DNA of 63,001 bases, counting the filler, from Collodictyon triciliatum (Eukaryota), in the NCBI GenBank assembly GCA_043381765.1. It is 7 parts of 7 records of this genome, joined end to end, with 100 filler letters (N's around TTAATTAATTAA, not from the genome) between each part and the next. Parts side by side here need not be neighbours in the genome. Positions count along the whole stretch, not along the records: positions 45,094 to 54,003 come from JBHJMP010003237.1; positions 54,104 to 63,001 come from JBHJMP010003238.1; 5 more parts are not named here. One strand, given 5' to 3'. The position numbers and the translations under genes are program-made. Below the pieces are notes generated by a model, which did no database searches, had not been told where the DNA came from, and saw only the letters and a program-made list of their open reading frames with translations. Shown piece after piece: positions 53,237 through 63,001 of the stretch; within the stretch, counting starts at the first letter, position 1; each line of letters opens with the position of its first letter.

Positions 53237-53613
53237 CACGTTCAAGAGGAACTAGAATCGGAGCAACCAATGACTCTCCCTTCTTTCAAAGAGAAACAAA
53301 AATAATCAGAAGCACAGAAAAATAAAAAAAAATACTAACAGTTACTGGCAATTAATAATGGGAAAAAGTTTCTTTTCTTCTAGGCCAATGGATGTGAATG
53401 AATATCAAACTTGTGTGTGTTGCAGTTTTGCCGTTGCAGACGCATCAACAACAAAAATATGCGTTCATAAAGGGCTTCAAACAAACAGAGTAATTCCAGG
53501 AGTAAAAAAAGCAGCGAAAAAAAAAAAGAAAGAAAGAGAAAAGAATGATTATGATGATAATAATATAAATAATACAAGACTCTCTTGCAAGATCCGAAAA
53601 CAGAAAGGAAAGA

Positions 53614-53772
53614 ATGAGCCGTCAAGTACGCAGTGGAGATCGAAACGCACGCCAGACTCCGTCTGCATCAGACTACACGGACGGAAGCGACGTTGCATTC
53701 TTACAGGCACAGTTGGACGATGCGCACCGGATCAAGCAGGAATTAATAGAAAAGTATGAAAGAAATATGGAG
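53614..53772 (+). CDS. First exon of a hypothetical coiled-coil protein, cut by the contig end
   Basis: ATG...FLQAQLDDAHRIKQELIEKYERNME followed by a GTATGC donor. Confidence 0.5.
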
Positions 53773-53831
53773 GTATGCGAATGGTCTCAACAAGCTCTTT
53801 TTCTTTTGCTTCTTTTATTTCTTTTGCTACC

Positions 53832-53966
53832 TTTGTTTCGTTTGTTTCGTTTGTTTCGTTTGTTTCGTTTGTTTCGTTTGTTTCGTTTGTTTCGTTTGTT
53901 TCGTTTTGTTTTGCTTTTGCTTTTTGTTTTGTTTTGTTTTGTTTTGTTTTGTTTTGTTTTGTTTTG

Positions 53967-53997
<31 letters not shown>

Positions 53998-54003
53998 TTT
54001 GTT
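53832..54003. repeat. (TTTGTTTCG)n then (TTTTG)n repeats at contig end
   Basis: Directly visible. Confidence 0.93.
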
Positions 54004-54103
54004 NNNNNNNNNNNNNNNNNNNNNNNNNNNNNNNNNNNNNNNNNNNNTTAATTAATTAANNNNNNNNNNNNNNNNNNNNNNNNNNNNNNNNNNNNNNNNN
54101 NNN
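54004..54103. other. Artificial contig linker
   Basis: N44-TTAATTAATTAA-N44. Confidence 0.98.
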
Positions 54104-54267
54104 GTTTCTTTTTTTTTTTTTATTCTTATTAATGATTTTTTTTTTTTTCAATTCTTGGTGGTAATCAGCTTTATTATTATTATTATTATTATTCTATTTC
54201 AAAGTGTGCTCTTCATTTATATTTAAAGTTTTTTTTTTAAAAAAAAAAAACTTAAATCCTAATCCAG

Positions 54268-54723
54268 CGGGAGAAAGGACCTGTGAAAGTAGAGCTGAGC
54301 TGCATAGATTTCAGCAGAGACCAAGTTTCCGTATCTGAAGATATTGCTTCAGTGGAGGACCCATTGATTAGTCAAGGAAAGCCACCGTGGGCAAGTGTGC
54401 GTTGGGTCAACATCGACGGTAAGTTTAATCCTGCAATTGTAATGGTTGTCTCTTTTCTTCTTTTTTTTTTTTTGTGGTAAATTTTAGGGAATTTGCAATT
54501 TGACTTTGTGTATTCTCGAAAATGTACCATCATTTAAGTTATTGGGTTCAATTTATAGATTTTTATTAGCATTTTCATATTTGAATGGCGTTATGTTCTG
54601 GTATATTGTATTCAGTAAAAAAAAAAATTACAAAATTATGCTATTCATAATAGGCATTGATGCGAATATTGTAAATACCCTTGCAAAAATGTACAAGTTG
54701 CATCCTCTCATGGTGGTGCGTAT

Positions 54724-54798
<75 letters not shown>

Positions 54799-55536
54799 TT
54801 TTCGTCCTACCATTCATGGTATTTGAATGTATACCCAGTGGTGGATAATAGTGCCATTAATTATCTGAATGCAATTTTTAATCATTCAAAGGGGGACATC
54901 TGCGACATTGTAAATCGGCCTAAGATGGACTACTACGAGGCAGAAGGCCATGTCTGCATTTTTTTATTTTAAATATACATCCGATCATTCGATTTCTAGA
55001 AGCAAAGACGAACAAATTAATTTGAGATTCAAATCTACATCAATATCCAAGCAATATTTGAATATTAATTTTCGTACTTTGTGTAACCGTAGATATTTAT
55101 TATTGCCAAAATGGTCACCCTGCCAGCAGACCAATCGCAACTCGACCAAGAACATGTCTTTTTCTTTTTCGACTCTACATCAGAAACCATTCTTACCTTT
55201 CAGGAGGGACGGCCTGGTGATGCCTGGGCGAACGTCCGGCGTCGCATCCAACGAGCAAACTCCAAGATTCGACAAAGCGGAGGTATCCTATTCTCCCTAT
55301 CTTTTCCTCGTTTATCCCTTCCTACTCCACAGCGCATTAGATATATTCTTCACTATTTTGATTATTTTTTTATCATCTCAACCACACAGCGGATTACTTC
55401 CTTTACACCCTGCTTGAGGGAATTTTGGATACTTGCTACCCAATCGTGGAGCAATTCGGCATCATGATTGAAGACGTCGAGTTTCAGCTGCTTCGTGAGC
55501 CCACACCAGAATTGAATCGACGGGTATGTAGACACT

Positions 55537-55594
<58 letters not shown>

Positions 55595-56054
55595 CCATCA
55601 TCATCAGGTCTACCATCTCAAACGGCAACTCCTCCTCCTGCGGCGCAGCATCTGGCCCATGCGAGACGTCGTGCAGCAGCTGATCAGTGAAGACATGCCA
55701 GACACGGTGATTCGGGAAGACACGAAGCCGTTCCTCAAGGACATCAACAACCACCTGCTGCAGATCAACGACATGGTCGAGACATACACGGAGCTGGCCA
55801 CTGGGCTGAGCGTGCTCTATGCCAACCAACAGGCACAGCGCATGAATCAGGTCATGTTTGTGCTGACCCTTGTCTCGGCCGTCTTCATCCCCCTGACTTT
55901 TGTAGCAGGAATCTACGGCATGAACTTTGAGTTTTTCCCGGAGCTTACGTGGACGTTCGGCTACGCTTATGTCTGGGGTGTCTTCATCTTCCTGGCCTCT
56001 TCCATCCTCTTTGCCTTCTGGAAGAACGGCTGGATTGGAAACAGGAAGTTCTAG
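54268..56054 (+). CDS. corA: CorA-family Mg2+/Co2+ transporter, 5'-partial, multi-exon
   Basis: RWVNIDG; LHPLMVGDI..RPKMD; ILTFQE; ADYFLYTLL; MNQVMFVLTLVSAVFIPLTFVAGIYGMNF..PEL (GMN motif with two C-terminal TMs). Confidence 0.95.
55537..55605. repeat. (CAT)n microsatellite within CorA intron 55524-55607
   Basis: Directly visible. Confidence 0.95.
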
Positions 56055-56732
56055 CGCCCATTTCTTGTCTGGTCGCGTGGTGTACCTCTTGCCTTTTGCC
56101 TCTCCTCCGCTTGTCTCTCTTGTTCATTCTCAAAGTATTGTGTGTGTCCTGTTGGTCTTGCCATTTGAATAGAGTCGTGTTCTCCCTCCACTCCCTGTTG
56201 TCTTGTTTCTCTTCTCCATCCTCATATATGTCGCTTCCAGCGCTGTTCAGGTTGTCATCATTTAAATAAATACAAAGATATAGATTCCCATGCGTGGGGA
56301 AGGAAAAGAATCCAACGTGCTGTTGGTGAATATGCAGAGATAGTTGCGTGGGTTGAGAGTGGTTTTAGTGCGGAGTGTGTTGCAGATTCGAGACAACCCT
56401 CTTCTCGTTCAGTCAAGGTGTGTTGGTCCTGTAGTATGTTCTACAGAGAGGAGGAAAAGGAGAGAGAGCAGTAATAGGAAAGTGAGGGTGGCGTCTATCA
56501 CAATTTCGCAGGCCATCCACAAGGCTGAGTCAAAAAAAAAAAAAAAAAAGCTGGATATTCTGGACACGGTCGCCAAGAAAATAGGAAACAAAATAAAAAT
56601 GAGAAAAAGCTACACATGTATAACTGGATGGAGGCTCGCTTCACGTCCAAGGGAAAAGAGAAGACAAAAACTGGCGGGGATTGCAGAAGCTCGTAGCAAA
56701 AATAAAGAGAGCACATAATTTGGAGTTTCGGA

Positions 56733-59554
56733 TTATTCGCCCTTTCCAGCGTCGTTGTCATCATCATCAGAGTCGTCCGAGTCGTCATCAGAGTCGTCCG
56801 AATCACTGCTGAACCCCAGGAACGCAGACGTGTTTGCGTTGATGGATGTTGATGAGCGTGGCTGTGACTGTGGGGGCTGTGACCGTGGCGCTGGCCCGTT
56901 GCCACTCACCTCCTCCTCCTCATCTCCGTCTTCATCATCCTCACCAGAGCCTGCGGCTTCCGCCTTGACTTTAGGGTGGGGCTCGTCCTTGGCATGTTCC
57001 TCTTTGGCTTTGGCTGTGCATACATCGCAAAGTATGCGTTTGTGTGCCAATATTCAGTCAAAATATTGCAAGTGTGTATGTAAAATAATATAGAAAAAAT
57101 TGATTCGCCATCAATGAAAAACAATGGAAGCAATTATCAACCTGGTGTGTCCTCTTTTGCCGTGGTCTCGCCGCCCTCCTTCTCAGTTTTCAGCCATTCG
57201 TCGAGATTCTTTCGTAGGATACCAAAGACCTCTTCGTTAATCCCATCAATGTCCAGTTCAATCTCGTCATCATACACCTGGATTATGGAAAGGAATTCAT
57301 GAGCACGCTGGGCAGGATGCTCAACTGCTCAAACCTCGGGGGTTGTCACAATTGCTCATAGACCAAGAATGTTTCCTTGAAAGAGAGTAGTTTTACTTTG
57401 GTGCTGGGGTCGAACTTCATAAACAGATCGGCAAACTTCGACTGGTATTCAACGCTGAGCTGCATGACGTCCTCCTTCAGCTTCTCGCGGTCGGCGGCGG
57501 TGACGGCATTAGACGTCTTTTCCTTCACAGGTTCGCTAAACGTCGATAGAACTATTAAGATTTCCAATCAATATGAACGTAGTGGAAAGTATGCAGAGAA
57601 TTCACCTTGGGACATCGGCTGTAACCTATGGAGAAATAAGATGAGTCGTCTATAATGCAGATTATAAATACGCATACATCGATATTGGATTGTGGACACC
57701 AAATACTTTTCATCAGAAAAGAAAGGAATGGATGGGACAAGTCTCTACCTTGGCAAAGCTGGCCTCTTCCGGTTTCTTGGCCCATGCGGATTCAAATATT
57801 GATGATAATTCATCACACATTTTGACAATCAGAGATTCTGCAAGATTGTATGTTCTGCAGTTCTCAAAAACAAGTCTGACATCCGCAGCAAACTGATTGA
57901 GGTCTTCATACTGGCGCGAGTTCAGCCTGGTCTGCATCGATGCGAAACAAACAAACAAACAAACACAAAAATCGCTTTAGGACATAGCTTGAAGCAGAAT
58001 ACTCGGGAGGTTTAACAATTGACTCGATTTAGGTAAATTGTGCGCAAAATACCCGAATAGTCCCAAAGTCCATGGGTTTCTTGATTATGGTGAGGTAATC
58101 TGGGATGTTCAATTTGACTGGGTCCACCGGCTTTAGAAATGGCGGAGCATTGATGTTGTTCATCAGCTGCTTTAGTATGTCCTGTGCAAATTTGAACGAG
58201 TCAGGGTCTCTAAGCCGCTTCTTAGCGGGTGGCGGTTGCTTTGGTGTCGCAGGTGCATTAGACTTGGCTTTCTTTGCACTGGATTTCCCCTGTGTTATAA
58301 AATGAATAGTCAACCTCAGTATCTGAAGAAAATACATTATTGATCTGCAATATCTCATTTCGAGTGACAAAATCGTACTGGGTGGTACTCTTCTGAGTCA
58401 AGACTTGTGTTGAGGGATTGCGGCGTGCTCTGATTCTTTGCAGAGCTGCTGGATTGCTTGGGCTTTGAGTTATTTCCGTCTGGTGATGTACCCTGTTAAG
58501 ACTTAAACAGACATAGAATCTCGGACGTGTATACAAATCACATCTACAAGTATCTATTCTAAACGATCAGAAAGACACGTGTATGTACTTGTTTGTGGAG
58601 AGTCGCCAAGAGGCACCGCCGGCAGGTTAAAGAGAGGAGATTGGAAATGGGACAATAGAGGATGAGCAAATAGTTGAGACATTATTGGGCCTCCAAGCGG
58701 GAAGTGTGAGTTTTGTGATGACAGTTGTTGAATAAGCATCTCAATCTGTTGTAATTCGCGCTTATAATACGAGACGTAATACTCAAGCTCGATCTTCCGC
58801 GCAATCATAGCCGGGATGTTCGCTGTCGAATCAAGGTGTGCTTGCTGTGGACCACATAGTTGAAATTTATTACGATATCATATTACCATAATATACCGCG
58901 TATATGTCCATGTAAGAACGAGATAGCGTTGACTTGGTCAGGTACCAGAGACGTGAATATTTCAGATAGGTAGGAAGCAGTGTCGACAGTAGCATACACA
59001 GAAGATTGGATAGTGTTGTGTGATGATATATTCCTCAACCATGACTCACCTCTTCCATGTACGATTTGCTGCTGGACCGTGCTCTCTTGGCCCGGGAATG
59101 TGCAGACTCATCTGAGCCGAGCCCCTTCATATTATCGCTGATACAGCAAGTCTTACGATTAGATATATCTTAGAGTTGCCTCAACAACGAATGTTGGTAA
59201 ATGTGGTTATATTAGTGATGAAGTTCCCTGAACTCAAGTTTTGCCAAAAATGACTTGGGCAAGATAAGAGACATAATTTCGAGGAGGATACCGAAAGGAC
59301 GAAGATATATCTGAGCTCCAGCAACAAACCTTTTCTTCTTCATTCCGTTCATCTTGAAATGTATGTCTCAGAAGTTTGCAGACTAACCCGGGCAACTAAG
59401 TTTCCTTTGCTATGTTCGCAGCCTCCAGAGATGCACAAACAAGCCGGTGATTCGGCTGATACTAGCGAGTAATCAGAATCGATTAGCTACCTCGTGAACT
59501 GAACAATGAAAGGAAATCGTTAAGACACTGTTGGCCGCACACATCGGCGGCCAT
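56733..59554 (-). CDS. Single-bromodomain + ET-domain protein (BET/GTE-like) with an acidic tail
   Basis: PFLKPVDPVKLNIPDYLTIIKKPMDFGTI...FAADVRLVFENCRTYN (acetyl-Lys-binding Asn present). ET-like TAADREKLKEDVMQL...DEIELDIDGI. The start and 5' exons are tentative. Confidence 0.88.
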
Positions 59555-59992
59555 CTTTCAGATCTTCGGCAACGTTCAGATCCGATCTTACAGGCTCGAG
59601 AAGAGGGACACACGAACACACATACGAACATTCAGTGGAAATTCACGTTTCTGGCCTTCAGGCCACCCAACGGATTCACGGAATTCTGTGCCGAGGAATA
59701 ACCACGTTTGGATTGGCCTGGGGTTGTTGCCTTTCGCCGAAATTTCCCCCACAGCCCTCGATCTTTTTGTGTGGCCAGTCGCGCGCACAGGCAAGAGACA
59801 AGTCCCGTGGAAGTTTCGCTGGGATTCGCCGTTTCTGGACGTTCGTCGCTCAACCGATTTCTCTGATTCCTGTGCAGACTGTGTGCAATGAAAAAAAAAT
59901 TGCGAGCTGAGAGGATGTTCGGTTGCAGCGCTTTAAATATGTGTGGGAGAGTGGTGGACTTTCCCGCCAAATTGCTTTTACAAATGTGGAAT

Positions 59993-62692
59993 TTATGGTA
60001 ATTGCGGTGTGGCGAGCCGCGTCATCCAACAAATTGCCCATCTGAGGGTGGAACCTGCACGGTGTGGGTTGCTAAGATGTAGCTTGGAAAAAAAAAAGGT
60101 ATTTGAAGCTTTTGGGTAGGGAGTGTCACCTTGAACGAACTCCGTCGATTCGATAAACCTGAGAGCCTGCAAACACAAAAGAGTAAGCACGTAAGCAACA
60201 AAAAATAGCGCATATATTTAGGTCGTGAAGTTTTTTTTTTTTGAAAAGAAAGCGTATTTCGCACCGGCTCTCTTCTTATGATTGAGATAAGTTTTCCCAA
60301 ATTTACTTTCCGTCCGACCATACTTGTGAAAACACTATTGTATGTAAACAAATGAGATGAATGTATGTAATTGTGTTTATGTTAATTGAATTCTAACATG
60401 GGTTCATTCATCCACATTTTGCTTTCATGGATGATTTGTTGCACAAATTGTAACTCTCCCCCATCGGTTATCAGTTCGTTTGAAGATGCTGTGCAATTCT
60501 ACTTCGTCGAATTGTAATTGATGTAATTTTCTCCGATAAAAGTGGACACGAAAATGGTTCTTAAAGGACGTTTTTGGTCGATTTGGGTTGTCATATAATA
60601 TGAATATCATATCCAAAGGATAGTTTATTTTAGCATTATGTGTGATGTTACAAACCCTGTCATTCTCAGCCTTTTCGCTTTCATTAGAAAAAAATGGGGG
60701 ATTGCACATGACAAAGTTAAACCTATGGGGGAATGTATAAGTAAGGGGTGGGTCATTTTTCCTCCGAAGTAGTAGTCGATATGTGTCAAAATGATATGTG
60801 GAATATGTCGAGTAGGTATTTGATTGATACAGTGATTTATTGATGGTCACTTGTCTGTAGTAGCAGAAAGGGGTGGGCAGAGTACGTGTTCCGGGAGAGA
60901 TTTCCTAAGGGTAGCAACTTAAGTTCAGGAGTAGAGAGCCGCAATATATAGTATTGGTGCATTAGCAAATGAGATATCATCAAAACTGATAGTCTCCTTT
61001 CTTTTTCTTTTTTTTTTTTAAAAAAAAAACTAGTTCCAAGGTGGATTACCGGACTTATATGCTTTCATATAAACCATTTATTCTGATATTTTTCCTGGCG
61101 TACTCTAACGACAAGTCATCAATATCTTTATTTAAAAATTAATAAGTTTTTTTCTCAACAGCCATAGAATGGCCATGCAAGAATTTCTTTGTGTAAAACA
61201 GTTCATTTTGTGGTAAATTTAATAGCTGAAAAAATAGGACACGATTGTTCCCTAACTTCATTAAGTCCAATATTTTATAACCCACCAGTTCCAATAAATC
61301 TCCACCCAAACATCCTAACTCCCATTAGAGGGAATATTGAAGAAGAGCCAGTTCCACTGAGCCATGGAGTAAATTAGCCACTTGAATATCCATATGTGGT
61401 ACTGTCGATGTTGAATATAATTAATGACCATACATGTCGATGCCAACAACATCGCTGATTCCGGGGATTAATTCTCGAAGCAACCTTTCAATCCAGACAA
61501 GATAGTTTGCTCTATTAAATATATTAATATTTTTCTAATTAAAAAAAAGGAAGGAAATGCCCTTTTTATCACAAACTGAGACATCCAAGGTAAATAGGTA
61601 AAAGGTGTCTTTTCTTCACTATGAAGATACATGAAGACCAAAAAAATAATAATCATGATGTCCACTTTTGTGTTGGGACTTCGCACCTTAATGTTATCTA
61701 GGTTTACCATAGCCGATGAATAAATAAATATCAGAAAATGTTATAAAATTGAATAGTCATATGATTGAAAATACAACGCGATATGATTACTTCACTGTTT
61801 ACGACAATTATATTTCAAGTATGATAGAACTTCAGTAACATACAGCTGGGCATAGTCGATTATCAGGGAGTTCAAGTTTTAGGCCAAAATAAACATCGAG
61901 TAATGTGTATGTCAGAATCCTATGATTAGTTTTCACCAAGTCAAGGGTATATCTCCCCAGCTTTTTCTATTTTTTATATAATTCAAAAGTATATGCCTAG
62001 GTTTTGGCTATGACAGAGTCTAGAAAAAAGCCAAAGAATTGATATGGGAAACCAAGAATAGAAACACCTATTTTTCTTTATTGCTTTTTCTATTTTATGA
62101 GTAAGTGTTTAAGTTTCTTGTAAAAAAAAAGTCGCACAAGTTAATCATCTACCTGAATGCATTTGGGTTCTTGAAATCTACAGTTGATGTCCCATCTTTC
62201 TTCAATATCAAGCTAATAAATATGCGTACCGTCAGTAAAATATCAATGTAATTTTACGCCTTGAAGAGCCATGGTAAAGTAGGGTTACTAATAAAAAAAA
62301 ATTCTTTCCTTTATTCGATTCAAAGAGTAATAATATGAAAAATTAAAAAAAATACACAAGAAACAGTACTATCTCGACAATCTCTCGTCAGTTTTGGCCA
62401 GCTCCAGAAAATCTGGTGTTCTATCCAGATACTCCCTCCAACGAGGCCAGACCTCTGCAGATCGAAAGGTTGATGCCTCGGCTTTTGGCCTCTTCAAGGA
62501 GGGTTCGGAAAGATCACTTTGGTGAAAATTGTGGGCTTGTCTCCGCTCAGTTGCCATTGGTGCATTGAGAACAGCTGCTTCTTGGGCGCGGCCGCTCTGT
62601 GAGGTAGTGTCCTGGCTTTCTGTCGCTGTTTTACTCATCCGGTTTGTGTGTCTTTTTGGTGTCGTGGTAGTGATTATCTTTCGCAGATTCAT
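59993..62692 (-). CDS. METTL16: METTL16/RlmF-family RNA m6A methyltransferase (U6 snRNA type); the best gene model contains an in-frame TAA at 61055-61057
   Basis: PDFLELA; VDFKNP; RLCPA-ITLR-ANYLVWI; GIDIGTGSSSIFPL; FVMCNPPFF; GGELQFV; FTSMVGRK; EFVQGSTLRWAICW. An alternative start exists at 62638. Confidence 0.9.
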
Positions 62693-62905
62693 ATGCTTGA
62701 CCGATCAGTTATGGTTAATAAGGCCGAGGAGCGCATCATACAGTATAAATAATGTTTCTATATTGAAATAATATATTTTTTTAAAGGTTTGATCGTTATT
62801 TATGCAACAAAATGAATTAAAACAATATATTCCATAAATAAATATCGTTCAACATAAAAGGTATGATTAATTAGATTATTTTGTTTTCTCAACCGAAATT
62901 CGCAC

Positions 62906-63001
62906 CAAACAAACAAACAAACAAACAAACAAACAAACAAACAAACAAACAAACAAACAAACAAACAAACAAACAAACAAACAAACAAACAAACAAACAA
63001 A
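62906..63001. repeat. (CAAA)n microsatellite
   Basis: Directly visible at window end. Confidence 0.95.

Noticed and set aside
8930-54103. Regular ~9-kb periodicity and a repeated TTAATTAATTAA motif
   Set aside because: Assembly artefact. Identical 100-nt linkers join size-sorted contigs (8920, 8918, 8914, 8912, 8910 nt), so neighbourhoods across linkers have no biological meaning.
55283-55390. GTATCC donors in CorA (and SAP30BP) as further U12 introns
   Set aside because: GTAT-starting donors are common here and no convincing U12 branch point is visible; not supportable without scoring.
1-63001. Genome-wide stop-codon reassignment suggested by the METTL16 TAA
   Set aside because: All other reconstructed genes, including a >1000-codon AT-rich exon, lack internal stops, and TAA, TAG and TGA are each used as terminators.

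Overview
This is AT-rich, intron-dense eukaryotic DNA (a protist-like gene set in the standard genetic code). It is not one locus. Seven unrelated ~8.9-kb contigs, sorted by decreasing length, are joined by 100-nt N-TTAATTAATTAA-N linkers, and most contig ends fall in simple repeats. Exons spliced by eye give: MED14; a signal-peptide WD40/Cys-rich/multi-TM surface protein; an mTERF protein; UBR7; SAP30BP; a PPR protein; a large WD40 protein; a bZIP factor; class II DAHP synthase; a cysteine-synthase-like protein; a mitochondrial RNase III-like protein; a kelch/CUB/EGF receptor with a kinase-cyclase-kinase tail; CorA; a bromodomain-ET protein; and METTL16. The best leads are: (1) a nearly intronless receptor-like protein with an extracellular, highly self-similar WD40 propeller that varies mainly at presumed top-face positions; (2) an attractin-like receptor with a non-RD kinase, a degenerate cyclase and an RD kinase; (3) a MED14 intron best explained with non-canonical, U12-like AT-AA/AT-AG ends; (4) a lone in-frame TAA in an otherwise intact METTL16; (5) a stop-free, in-frame CorA intron encoding about 22 His. 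All assignments come from motif recognition by eye; no database searches were run.
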